Assembly: GCA_963694325.1 (NCBI GenBank) | Contig: CAVOCV010000003.1 | Location: forward strand, 1-36,167 | DNA length: 36,167 nt | Direction of reading: 5' to 3' | Source: Candidatus Thalassarchaeaceae archaeon | GTDB lineage: Archaea > Thermoplasmatota > Poseidoniia > Poseidoniales > Thalassarchaeaceae | Part shown: positions 8,660 through 17,364 of the stretch, piece after piece | Layout: each line of letters opens with the position of its first letter | How positions within the stretch are numbered: position 1 is the stretch's first letter | The notes under the pieces: model-generated | The model's database searches: none | Seen by the model: the letters and a program-made list of their open reading frames with translations, nothing else | What the model was told of the DNA's origin: nothing | Position numbers and translations under genes: made by a program

Positions 8660-9484
8660 ATGGCCAAGTTCAAGCAGGGCGACCTGGAACTGACGCGAGC
8701 AAACGATGAGATGCGCGATGTCGAGGTGGAACTCAACTTCACGCCGAACGCCTTGGCGAGCGTCCTCTACAAGCAGGGCGACACCGTCGTGCTCGCCTGC
8801 TGCACCCGCGCGCGCAATCTGCCGCGCTGGTTCCCGCGCGATGCGACCAAAGGCTGGGTCAATGCGGAATACTGTCTGCTGCCCGGCTCGACCGACTCGC
8901 GCTTCCAGCGCGAGCGTCGCGGCGCCAAGGGCCGCACCTACGAGATCGAGCGCCTCGTCGCGCGCAGCCTGCGCGCCGGCATCGACTTGGAACAACTCGG
9001 TCCGCACAGTCTGACCATTGACTGTGACATTCTCAACGCCGACGGAGGCACCCGCTGCGCTTCGATCACCGCCGCCACCATCGCCCTGCGACTCGGCGTG
9101 CGCCGCCTCATCGCCGACGGAATGTGTCTGCCTCTGGCGGACCGCAAGCCCGCCGATGCGGGTCGTGACTGGGAAGCCCGCACACTCAGTGATGCAGAGA
9201 AAGCGGCCCACGAGGCCGCCGTGCTCCCCACCGATGTGGCGGCCATCAGCGTCGGTCTGCTCGGCGAGGATTGCTTCCTCGACCTCGACTACATCCTCGA
9301 CTCCAACGCGGATGTCGACATGAACGTCGTCGGCACCTCGGACGGCAAGCTCGTCGAGGTCCAAGCGACCGGTGAAGAAGCGACCTACACCCGCGCACAA
9401 TTGGATGCGCTCATGGACATCGCGGAGAAGGGCCTCGCCCAACTCTACACCATCCAGACCGACATTCTGCAAGATGTCGCATGA
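8660..9484 (+). CDS. rph: Ribonuclease PH, bacterial type
   Basis: GWVNAEYCLLPGST, GRTYEIERLVARSLRA, DCDILNADGGTRCASIT, LDLDYILDSNADVDMNVV, EVQATGE. Confidence 0.92.
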   Translation: MAKFKQGDLELTRANDEMRDVEVELNFTPNALASVLYKQGDTVVLACCTRARNLPRWFPRDATKGWVNAEYCLLPGSTDSRFQRERRGAKGRTYEIERLVARSLRAGIDLEQLGPHSLTIDCDILNADGGTRCASITAATIALRLGVRRLIADGMCLPLADRKPADAGRDWEARTLSDAEKAAHEAAVLPTDVAAISVGLLGEDCFLDLDYILDSNADVDMNVVGTSDGKLVEVQATGEEATYTRAQLDALMDIAEKGLAQLYTIQTDILQDVA

Positions 9485-9557
9485 CGGGCATAGTTTCATG
9501 CCCGACACGCATGTTCGATTCCAGTCCAGCGCACGCTCTCAACGATCAAAGGCAGAG

Positions 9558-9630
9558 TGCGGTGGGCCGGGCTTGAACCAGCGACTTCCAGATCTTCAGT
9601 CTGGCACTCTCCCAACTGAGTTACCACCGC
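9558..9630 (-). tRNA. tRNA-Phe(GAA), CCA not encoded, no intron
   Basis: GCGGTGGTAACTCAGTTGGGAGAGTGCCAGACTGAAGATCTGGAAGTCGCTGGTTCAAGCCCGGCCCACCGCA folds as a cloverleaf; anticodon at 9595-9597. Confidence 0.97.
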
Positions 9631-9656
9631 GTTGGTGACCGGGCCACAGTCCCGGC

Positions 9657-9673
9657 ATTATCAACCCTTTCGG
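9657..9673 (-). promoter_or_regulatory. BRE/TATA promoter of tRNA-Phe
   Basis: CCGAAAGGGTTGATAAT lies about 27-43 nt upstream of the tRNA 5' end. Confidence 0.6.
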
Positions 9674-9689
9674 ATGGCCGCAGTGCGGC

Positions 9690-10862
9690 TCAGAAGAGAT
9701 CGTCGTCCCCGTCGGTCTCGTCGAGAACCATCGGTTCCTCGTCGCCCTTCTTGCCGCCCTTTTTGGCAGGCTTCTTGGCGTCTTTCTCGTCGGCCTTCTT
9801 GTCGGCCTTCTTGGCAGCGGGCTTCTCTTCCTTCTTCGCAGGCTCAGCGGCCTTTTCGGCAGCCTCGCGCTTGGCTTTCTCCTCTTCCTCGCGCGCAGCG
9901 AGTTCGGCGGGGTCCATGCCTTGGGCGATGGCGAGTTTGGTGCGGCGCTCGTCGCGCGCGCGCTTCTCGAAGAGTCGGTGCTTTGCGCGCTCGCACTGCT
10001 GCATCATGAACATCGCATCGTGCTCGAGAAGGGGGGAATCCGAAATCATCGTGATGTCGAGCCATTCGCCGTCCTCGGCGAGGAACTCGGCCAGCGGCTC
10101 AAACTTGAGATCGGACTTCTTGATCTGAGTGTAGTGCAGAGCGTTGCCCATGCGGTGATCGATGCCGCTGAAGTGGCAATAGAACGTCTTGCCGCCGACC
10201 GTTTCGCGCACCTGATCGAAGAGTTCACCGAAGTCTTCACTGGTGCGCAGTTTTCCATGTCCGCGCGCGTGGATGTGGGCGAGGTTGAGCACCGGCACGG
10301 TGCCCTCGACGTGGTTCGTGACCTCGAGGACCTCCTCGAGGCTGCCCCACAATTCTTGGCGCCCGCTGGTCTCGACGCCGATCAGGGTGGGGCTGTTCTC
10401 CAGCACCCAGGGGAAGGCGGCGTAGTCTTCGGCCTCGTCTTCATTGTTCCATATCTGGGCGCAGCGATCGACGACGCCGGCGATGACGTTGGCGACCTGC
10501 TCATTGGCCGCGGGGCCGCGGCCAAATTCGCCGTAAGGGCCAACGTGGTAGGTGATGTGGCGCGCGTTGATGACTTTGGCCGCCTGCATACTCGCCTCCA
10601 TCTTGGACAAGGTTCGGCTGCGCTCGCGCTTGTCGCCGAGCAGCTCTGCATAGTAGGGGCCGTGCAGATTCATCTCGAATCCGGTCTTCCACGAAAGGAT
10701 GCCCGCCTGCCAGTATTGATCGAAATGATGCGGTGCGACAGTGCGCACTGTCTGGATCTCCATGGTCTCCAATCCGAGGGCCGTGATGTCGTCCATTCCC
10801 TCGACGATCGTCCGTCCTTTGCAGGACAGTGGAACGCCGGCTGGTCCGAGTCTGAGTGGCAT
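9690..10862 (-). CDS. nfo: Endonuclease IV (AP endonuclease family 2 TIM barrel) with charged Lys/Ala/Glu C-terminal tail
   Basis: LGPAGVP, LHGPYY, YHVG, GVETSGRQELWGSLEEV, AHIHAR, HFSGI, ISDSPLLEHDA match archaeal EndoIV. Confidence 0.85.
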   Translation of the reverse strand: MPLRLGPAGVPLSCKGRTIVEGMDDITALGLETMEIQTVRTVAPHHFDQYWQAGILSWKTGFEMNLHGPYYAELLGDKRERSRTLSKMEASMQAAKVINARHITYHVGPYGEFGRGPAANEQVANVIAGVVDRCAQIWNNEDEAEDYAAFPWVLENSPTLIGVETSGRQELWGSLEEVLEVTNHVEGTVPVLNLAHIHARGHGKLRTSEDFGELFDQVRETVGGKTFYCHFSGIDHRMGNALHYTQIKKSDLKFEPLAEFLAEDGEWLDITMISDSPLLEHDAMFMMQQCERAKHRLFEKRARDERRTKLAIAQGMDPAELAAREEEEKAKREAAEKAAEPAKKEEKPAAKKADKKADEKDAKKPAKKGGKKGDEEPMVLDETDGDDDLF

Positions 10863-11028
10863 AGGGGTCCCTCCGGCCTCTCGGCCGAAACGGTCTCTAT
10901 TGAAAAGGATGTGCGGGTTGATTCTCCTTCTCTAGTCGCGAGACCTCTGATTACTGAACCGCATCTGTCTTGAACGTTCGGAATTCAAATCCATTCAATT
11001 TAATGGGAAAAACCCAATCCACGGGGAT

Positions 11029-12966
11029 ATGCAGCGCACTCGGGTCCGCCGTTTGACTGCCTCGTTTGGTCTGTCGATCCTGCTGTGTGTCCTGATGGTC
11101 TCGCCTGCGAATGCGGCCGCCGTCGCCAAGGTCTCCATCGGCGAGAGTTATGGCGAGGGCGAATCACCTCCCGAGACATTCTATCCCATCGATGGTCGAG
11201 GTGTCAACAGCGCCGAGCCCGACTGGGGGTCCACCGGCGTCATGCTCGGTCGGGTGGCGAATTCGACACACGATCCGGCCACCGATTGGATGGGATTGGC
11301 CGATCTGCCCAACCCCCGTGTGATCTCCAATGCAGTGTGCGCTCAGCCAGATGTGATTTCCGATGAGCGCGGGCTGTCGGATTACAATTGGCTATGGGGC
11401 CAGTTCATCACCCATGAAATCGATTTCACCCTGACGCAGAACGGGCGCGTCGGCACCTCTGGCGAGCCGCAGCACGCCGATATTGACGTCGCGCCGGACG
11501 ACCCGTACATGGCGACCGAGGGCGGATTCAAGATGCTCTTCTTCCGCTCTTTATTCGTCAACGAGACCCAAGACGATGGCACCGTGACACGTGAGCACCC
11601 GAACTCGATCACGACCTGGATCGATGGCAGCGTGGTCTACGGCTCAGACGCCGGCCGCACCGATTGGCTGCGCACCCACGAGGGCGGTCGTCTCAAGGTC
11701 AGCGAATGGACCGAGGGTGACCTGCTGCCGATCGCGGGCGATGATGATGACACCGTGCCCGGGATGTCGTTTGCTGGGTTCAGCGCGGATGTGCGATTCG
11801 TCGCCGGCGATGCCCGCGCCAACGAGCACATCGCCCTGATGGCGATGCACGTTCTGTTCATGCGCGAGCACAATCGTTTGGCTGACGAGATTGCCGAGCG
11901 CAATCCCGATTGGTCCGATGAGGACATCTTCCAGCGCGCGCGCAAGTTGGTTGCGGCCCAGATTCAAGCGATTACCTTCGAGGAATTCCTGCCGAGCCTG
12001 GGCATCACCCTCGACGCCTATGCCGGCTATGATGAGACGATCAATCCTGAGATCACCAGCACGTTTGCCACGGTGGCCTTCCGCATGGGGCACTCCCAGA
12101 TTGGGGATACCTTCCTGCGAGTGAACGAGGATCGTACACCAGACGAGTTGGGTCACATGAGCCTGTTTGATGGCTTCTGGACGACCAAGCCCGTCACCGA
12201 GGAGGGGGGGCTTGCACCGATCATGCGCGGCATGGCGATGCATACCCAACCCGCGAATGACGTCTTCTTCGGCGAAGACCTGCGCAACCGTCTCTTCGGT
12301 GAGATTCTGCAGGGCGGCATGGACCTGTGCGCGATCGACATCCAGCGCGGGCGCGATCACGGCGTGCCGGATTATGGGTCGATTCGTGCCGCCTTCGGAT
12401 TGGCACCCATCAGCAATTTCACAGAGGTGAGCAGTGATGCTTCCATCACAGCGAGTCTATCCACCGCCTACGGCGATGAGAACCCCGGCCATATCGATCC
12501 GTTGATGGGCATGCTCGCCGAGGATCATCTGCCAGATTCCGCCCTCGGCGAGACCATGGATGCGGTGATTCGAGACCAGTACCTTCGCCTGCGCGACGGC
12601 GACCCTCTCTACTACGAGAACGATGCTGAACTCGACGGTGTCCAATCCGAGATCGCCGCCACGCGGCTCAGCGAGGTCATCCTGCGCAATACCGAGATTG
12701 AATCGATTCAATGCAACGTCTTCTTCGCTGAACATGATGTCAATTCATTCGAATGCAGCCATGAAAATGCCGAGATTGAATCGTCGGCAGACCCGGAACA
12801 GGAATCGCTCTCCACATTGGTGCTCGGCATCGTCGCTCTCGGCGTTGCCGGCCTGCTCATCATGAACTTCTTCGGTGGCAATCGATTCCAGTCAACCAGC
12901 GAATCAAGTTCTCTTCCACAGCAGGAAGATGACGCTGAGCAACATCAATCCGATGAGAGTTCGTGA
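11029..12966 (+). CDS. Secreted, membrane-anchored animal-type heme peroxidase (peroxidase-cyclooxygenase superfamily)
   Basis: Signal peptide (..SPANA), LPNPRVISN, WGQFITHEID, ITTWIDGSVVYG, GDARANEH, FMREHNRL, AFRMGHS, IDIQRGRDHG, RLRDGD, C-terminal TM helix. Confidence 0.92.
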   Translation: MQRTRVRRLTASFGLSILLCVLMVSPANAAAVAKVSIGESYGEGESPPETFYPIDGRGVNSAEPDWGSTGVMLGRVANSTHDPATDWMGLADLPNPRVISNAVCAQPDVISDERGLSDYNWLWGQFITHEIDFTLTQNGRVGTSGEPQHADIDVAPDDPYMATEGGFKMLFFRSLFVNETQDDGTVTREHPNSITTWIDGSVVYGSDAGRTDWLRTHEGGRLKVSEWTEGDLLPIAGDDDDTVPGMSFAGFSADVRFVAGDARANEHIALMAMHVLFMREHNRLADEIAERNPDWSDEDIFQRARKLVAAQIQAITFEEFLPSLGITLDAYAGYDETINPEITSTFATVAFRMGHSQIGDTFLRVNEDRTPDELGHMSLFDGFWTTKPVTEEGGLAPIMRGMAMHTQPANDVFFGEDLRNRLFGEILQGGMDLCAIDIQRGRDHGVPDYGSIRAAFGLAPISNFTEVSSDASITASLSTAYGDENPGHIDPLMGMLAEDHLPDSALGETMDAVIRDQYLRLRDGDPLYYENDAELDGVQSEIAATRLSEVILRNTEIESIQCNVFFAEHDVNSFECSHENAEIESSADPEQESLSTLVLGIVALGVAGLLIMNFFGGNRFQSTSESSSLPQQEDDAEQHQSDESS

Positions 12967-14790
12967 GATGTCGGGCACGGGGGGCGGAAGCTCCTCCTCG
13001 ACATTCAAGACCGCATTGACCGAGACATCCTCGATGATCTGGGTATGGCCGGTCGACCAGGTGACCTCGACCCGGTCGATGGTCCGGTTGCCGAGCCCGA
13101 AGTGAACCGCGGGGTCGCTGCTGCCGAGGAATCCATCGCCGGCGTAGGCGAGTTGGGTCAAGACGACGCCGTCGTCCAAGAACACCCGAACCGCACAGCC
13201 GATGCCATGAGTGTTGGAGCCGTCACCATCAGCGCCCGCACCGTGAAGTTGCACCTTGAGCCAGGCGCCCGAACCATTCTCCACGGCGTTATTTCGCCAC
13301 AGGCGCGGACCGGAATCCGAGTGGGCCATCAGGATGTCGAGATCGCCATCGCCGTCATAATCCGCGAGCGCGACGCCCATCGTCTTGTAAGAACCAGCGA
13401 GGCCCATCTCGGCGGCGACATCGACGAAGTTGATCTGGCCATTTCCACTCGTGTCGCCATCGTTGCGATACAGCGAGTTGAATTGCCCCGGGATGTACTG
13501 GTTGATGCGCCCCACACCGAACCACAGGTCCATGTCGCCATCGAGATCGTAATCGAGGAAGTGACAATCCCAATTCACCAAGGTATTCGTGTGGATGCCG
13601 ACAACCTCCGCCTCATCCTCGAAGGAATCGCCTTGGTTGACCCAGAGGAAGTTGGGGCCGAAATTCGATTGGCAGATATCGAGGTCCCCATCGTTGTCGA
13701 TGTCGGCTGCGTGCGAGCCCATGCCGGTGCCGACCGTCTCCAATCCCCACTCGGCTGTACCGAGGTCAAATGTGCCGTCGCCGTTGTTGAGGTAGAGGGG
13801 TGCCGTGCCGAAGTCACTGGCGATGTAGAGGTCCTCCCAGCCGTCGCCGTCCGCATCGAACCAGACCGCGGCCCAGGACATGCCCGAGCCTGCGGGGTCC
13901 TCTCGGATGGCCGAGGGAAGACTCGCTTGCCCTTGGGGGTTGACCGGTCCTGTGAGGACGATGGAGAGGCCCGGTCCGAGCAGGGTTTCGTAATTGGTGG
14001 ATGCGCTCTCTTTCTGGCCGTAGACACCGGCTTCGCCGGTCTGATCATCGAATTCGGGGATGCCATCGCCGTTCGAATCGCCATCGTTGCGGTAGAGAAT
14101 ATTGGTCTCTGTGCGCGCGATTCCGGTGAATTCGTCGACCATGCCGAAGTTCATCGAGTAGGCGTCGAGGTCTCCATCGTGGTCATAGTCGACCCAGACG
14201 GAGCCCGAGGAATGACCCGGATTGCCGAGTTTGCTCTCGGCGGTCACATCGGTGAATACACCGCCATCATTGGCAAACATCTGATTGGCTTCGCCGCTGC
14301 CTTCGGGGCTTGAGAAATCGGCACGGCCGTAATTCGATAGATAGAGATCGACATCGCCATCGCCGTCGAAATCGACGAAGGTCGCGCCGATCGTCGTGAC
14401 GCCCGACGCGCCCACGCCCGCCTCTTCCGAGACATCGGTGAATGAGCCATCGCCGTTGTTTCGCATCAGGTGGCTGGTGCCCGTGGCATTCTCCGCCAAA
14501 CGGTCCCAAGCCGAACCGCCATCCGGGATGTCAGCGGTTTGAGTGAATCCGAGATTTTCAGCCGTCTCTTGGCCGAGGTGGTCGAATCTCGCTGTCAGGA
14601 AGATATCGAGGTCGCCGTCCTGATCGTAATCACCCCAGGCCACACCCGGTCCATAGGCTGCCCAAGTCGTCATCGGACCCGAATCCAAATTCTCCAAACC
14701 CGAGCCGTCGGTCACCTCGACGAACTCGGCTTGGGCTGGAATCGAAGCGAGGAAGAGAAGGGTGAGCATCCACGCGAGAAGCCGAGGCAT
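12904..14790 (-). CDS. CRTAC1-family protein (FG-GAP/VCBS repeats plus ASPIC/UnbV domain), secreted and C-terminally anchored
   Basis: Signal peptide from ATG 14790; about 7 DYDxDGDLD repeats; SNTHGIGCAVRV...HFGLG...VEVTWSTG ASPIC motif; terminal TM followed by KRT. Confidence 0.9.
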   Translation of the reverse strand: MPRLLAWMLTLLFLASIPAQAEFVEVTDGSGLENLDSGPMTTWAAYGPGVAWGDYDQDGDLDIFLTARFDHLGQETAENLGFTQTADIPDGGSAWDRLAENATGTSHLMRNNGDGSFTDVSEEAGVGASGVTTIGATFVDFDGDGDVDLYLSNYGRADFSSPEGSGEANQMFANDGGVFTDVTAESKLGNPGHSSGSVWVDYDHDGDLDAYSMNFGMVDEFTGIARTETNILYRNDGDSNGDGIPEFDDQTGEAGVYGQKESASTNYETLLGPGLSIVLTGPVNPQGQASLPSAIREDPAGSGMSWAAVWFDADGDGWEDLYIASDFGTAPLYLNNGDGTFDLGTAEWGLETVGTGMGSHAADIDNDGDLDICQSNFGPNFLWVNQGDSFEDEAEVVGIHTNTLVNWDCHFLDYDLDGDMDLWFGVGRINQYIPGQFNSLYRNDGDTSGNGQINFVDVAAEMGLAGSYKTMGVALADYDGDGDLDILMAHSDSGPRLWRNNAVENGSGAWLKVQLHGAGADGDGSNTHGIGCAVRVFLDDGVVLTQLAYAGDGFLGSSDPAVHFGLGNRTIDRVEVTWSTGHTQIIEDVSVNAVLNVEEELPPPVPDISRTLIGLMLLSVIFLLWKRT

Positions 14791-14917
14791 GCACCACTGA
14801 TGAGGGGCATCAGACATCAATATTGGGAAGTACCATGCTCTCCGCATCTATGATGCGGCCGAATGGACCATACCGAAAAGAACGGGGTTCAACGGCCCCT
14901 GCGGTGGGCCGAGGCCG

Positions 14918-15628
14918 ATGTCCGATTCCACTCTTGAGGACGCGATCGCTGCATTTGCGGCCGGCTTGCCCGTCATGGTCTTCGACTCTGAATTCCGCGA
15001 ATGCGAGACCGATCTGCTGTGGCCCGCGGCCGCGGCCACACCCGCAGTGATGCGGCGGTTGCGCCAAGATTGCGGCGGACTGCTCTTCCTCGCGATCGGT
15101 GACGAGGTCGGCGAGACCTTCGGGCTGCCGTGGTTGCAAGATATCCACACCCACCCCGCACTGACCTCGAAACATCCGGTGCTCGCCGCCTTGATCACAG
15201 ATGATCTGCAATACGATTCGCGCAGTGCCTTCACGCTCTCTCTGAATCACCGGGACACCTTCACCGGCATCACCGACCACGACCGAGCCCTGACGACCCG
15301 ACGGTTCGGTGAGCTGGCAGCAGAGATGGCCGAAGCCGATTCGGCCAGCGCCATCGCTGCGCTCGGCGAGGAATTCCGCACACCGGGTCACATCCCATTG
15401 TGCAGAGAATCGCCCGGGGGCCTTTCGACGAGACAAGGCCACACCGAATTGGCCGTGGCCATCGCTCGGCTCGCGGGTTTGGCCCCGTGCACGATTGGTG
15501 CCGAGATGCTGCAACCGGACGGCGACCGGGCCCTGTCGGTGAAGGATGCACGCGCCTACGCGGCAGAGCACGCCATCCCGATGCTCACCGGCGATGATAT
15601 CATGAAGGCCCTCGGGCTCTCACAATGA
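14918..15628 (+). CDS. ribB: 3,4-dihydroxy-2-butanone-4-phosphate synthase
   Basis: VFDSEFRECETDL, TFTGITDHDRALT, FRTPGH, RQGHTE, AEML. Confidence 0.93.
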   Translation: MSDSTLEDAIAAFAAGLPVMVFDSEFRECETDLLWPAAAATPAVMRRLRQDCGGLLFLAIGDEVGETFGLPWLQDIHTHPALTSKHPVLAALITDDLQYDSRSAFTLSLNHRDTFTGITDHDRALTTRRFGELAAEMAEADSASAIAALGEEFRTPGHIPLCRESPGGLSTRQGHTELAVAIARLAGLAPCTIGAEMLQPDGDRALSVKDARAYAAEHAIPMLTGDDIMKALGLSQ

Positions 15629-15640
15629 GGAGGAGATGGC

Positions 15641-16105
15641 ATGTCCAGGGTGATGGCGGTCGGCGTCTTCGACCTCTTGCATGCGGGCCATCTTCACTAT
15701 CTCGAACAGGCCAAGGCGCTCGGGGACCACCTCACCGTCATCATCGCCCACGATGATACCGTGCGCATGCGCAAGCATGAGCCCGTCACCCCCGACGATC
15801 TTCGCCGCCGCATGGTCGCGGGTTTGAAACCGGTTGACCACGCCATGGTCGGCAATCCACCGAGCGTGCCGATGTACGACATCCTCCCTGTGGTCGAGCC
15901 CGACATCATCGCATTGGGCTATGACCAAGAGCACGCCGAGACCGCCATTCGGGCCGGACTGGATGAACGCGGCTATGACCACATCCGACTGGTGAGGGTC
16001 GAGGGCCTGACCGAAGACCTCGACGGAACCCGGAAGATCATCGAGAAAATTCTCACCCTACAATGGGCGCAGAAGCGACTCAATGAAATCGAGGGGGATG
16101 ACTGA
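15641..16105 (+). CDS. ribL: Archaeal FAD synthase (cytidylyltransferase-like)
   Basis: GVFDLLHAGHLHYL (HxGH), PDIIALGYDQ, located within the rib operon; GAGGAG SD. Confidence 0.85.
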   Translation: MSRVMAVGVFDLLHAGHLHYLEQAKALGDHLTVIIAHDDTVRMRKHEPVTPDDLRRRMVAGLKPVDHAMVGNPPSVPMYDILPVVEPDIIALGYDQEHAETAIRAGLDERGYDHIRLVRVEGLTEDLDGTRKIIEKILTLQWAQKRLNEIEGDD

Positions 16106-16687
16106 ATGTTCACCGGCATCGTGCAGGGACGCGGCCGTGTAACGGCCATTGTCGAGGACACGATTCACGTGCAACTCCCTTCGATTGAAGGCCTCGAAGT
16201 CGGGGGTTCGGTCGCCATCGATGGCGTCTGCCTGACGGCGACCTCGGTCGGTGATTCTGTCAGTTTTGATGTGATTGAGGAAACCCTGGCTAGAACCACG
16301 CTCTCCACCCTTTCCACCGGTGATGAGGTCAATGTCGAACGGGCGTTGAAATTCGGTGACGAGCTCGGAGGTCACATCCTTTCAGGCCACATCATGGGGA
16401 CTGCAGTCATTCAGTCTATGGATAATCAAGACTACACGATTCGATGCTCCGAGGAACTTGCGCAGTTCATTCAAGAGAAGGGATTCATCGCTGTCGACGG
16501 CATCAGTCTGACCATTGGCAAGACGGATGGAGAAGGCGCATTCGATGTCCACATCATTCCCGAGACCCTGCGTTTGACAACCCTCGGAAGCAAGGGCGTT
16601 GGAGATGCGGTCAACATCGAGATCGACGCCATGACCCAAGCCGTCGTCGAGACAGTCAAGCGCGCCATCGCGAACCAGGAGGCCTGA
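16106..16687 (+). CDS. ribE: Riboflavin synthase, bacterial-type alpha chain
   Basis: MFTGIV N-terminus, GSVAIDGVCLT, VNVERAL, GGHILSGH, KGFIAVDGISLT, VNIEID. Confidence 0.93.
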   Translation: MFTGIVQGRGRVTAIVEDTIHVQLPSIEGLEVGGSVAIDGVCLTATSVGDSVSFDVIEETLARTTLSTLSTGDEVNVERALKFGDELGGHILSGHIMGTAVIQSMDNQDYTIRCSEELAQFIQEKGFIAVDGISLTIGKTDGEGAFDVHIIPETLRLTTLGSKGVGDAVNIEIDAMTQAVVETVKRAIANQEA

Positions 16688-16689
16688 AC

Positions 16690-17082
16690 ATGAACATCGC
16701 AATCGTCGCCGGCTCCTTTCATGAAAACGAGGTGAACAGGATGCTCGACTGGGCACGGGATGAGGCGGGTCAGCATGAACTCACCATCACAGAAGTTGTC
16801 TGGGTTCCCGGTGCCATGGAGGTGCCGCTCGCCCTCGACCGATTGCTGGCCCGAGATGACATCGACGGGGCGGCTTGTCTCGGCATCATCGAGAAGGGTA
16901 GCACACAGCATGGCCTCGCAATGGGCAATGCGGTGATCTCAGCCATCATCAATCTGCAACTCACATGGGACAAGCCTGTTGGACTCGGCATCATCGGCCC
17001 GGGTGCCGAACCCGAGCACATCGAGCCTCGGCTCGAACCGCACGCCCGCGCTGCGATCGCCGCAATTGCGACCATGCGGTGA
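16690..17082 (+). CDS. ribH: 6,7-dimethyl-8-ribityllumazine synthase
   Basis: MNIAIVAGSFH, VPGAMEVPLA, CLGII, KPVGLGIIGPG; true start is ATG 16690. Confidence 0.92.
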   Translation: MNIAIVAGSFHENEVNRMLDWARDEAGQHELTITEVVWVPGAMEVPLALDRLLARDDIDGAACLGIIEKGSTQHGLAMGNAVISAIINLQLTWDKPVGLGIIGPGAEPEHIEPRLEPHARAAIAAIATMR

Positions 17083-17116
17083 ATGTGGGCCACACTTTTC
17101 AGAATGTAGGCCACAC
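17081..17116. promoter_or_regulatory. Tandem palindromic operator upstream of the TA pair
   Basis: GAATGTGGGCCACAC (17081-17095) and GAATGTAGGCCACAC (17102-17116), 21-bp period, core TGTGG-G-CCACA. Abuts the TTGAAA element at 17118. Confidence 0.65.
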
Positions 17117-17148
17117 GTTGAAATACCTCTCACGTCTTCAGCAGAACG

Positions 17149-17364
17149 ATGGCGGTCTCGACGACAAAGAAAGTACGAATGGATCCCGAACTGTGCGAGA
17201 TTCTCGCCAGGCTTGCGCGGCAAGAAGGGGTCACCGAGAGCGAAGTGATTCGTGATGGCATCCGAATCAAAGAACGGATGGCGAAGCGAGAACGGAGCAT
17301 GGATTTGCTCATCGACGCCGCTCACGAAATCCCGGGTGATATCATCAAATTCGGGTTGAAGTGA
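17149..17364 (+). CDS. CopG/ribbon-helix-helix antitoxin
   Basis: KKVRMDPELCEILARLARQEGVTESEVIRDGI RHH pattern; overlaps the PIN gene. Confidence 0.8.
   Translation: MAVSTTKKVRMDPELCEILARLARQEGVTESEVIRDGIRIKERMAKRERSMDLLIDAAHEIPGDIIKFGLK

Noticed and set aside
9484-9690. tRNA-Phe as a possible integration site
   Set aside because: No integrase and no duplicated tRNA 3' end were seen in the window.
13300-14640. Recurrent GAYTAYGAY...GAYGGCGAY nucleotide repeats
   Set aside because: They are explained by FG-GAP/VCBS protein repeats in the CRTAC1-family gene.
17081-17116. Direct repeats as a mini-CRISPR or IS ends
   Set aside because: Only two 15-bp units with a 6-bp spacer, and no cas or transposase gene.
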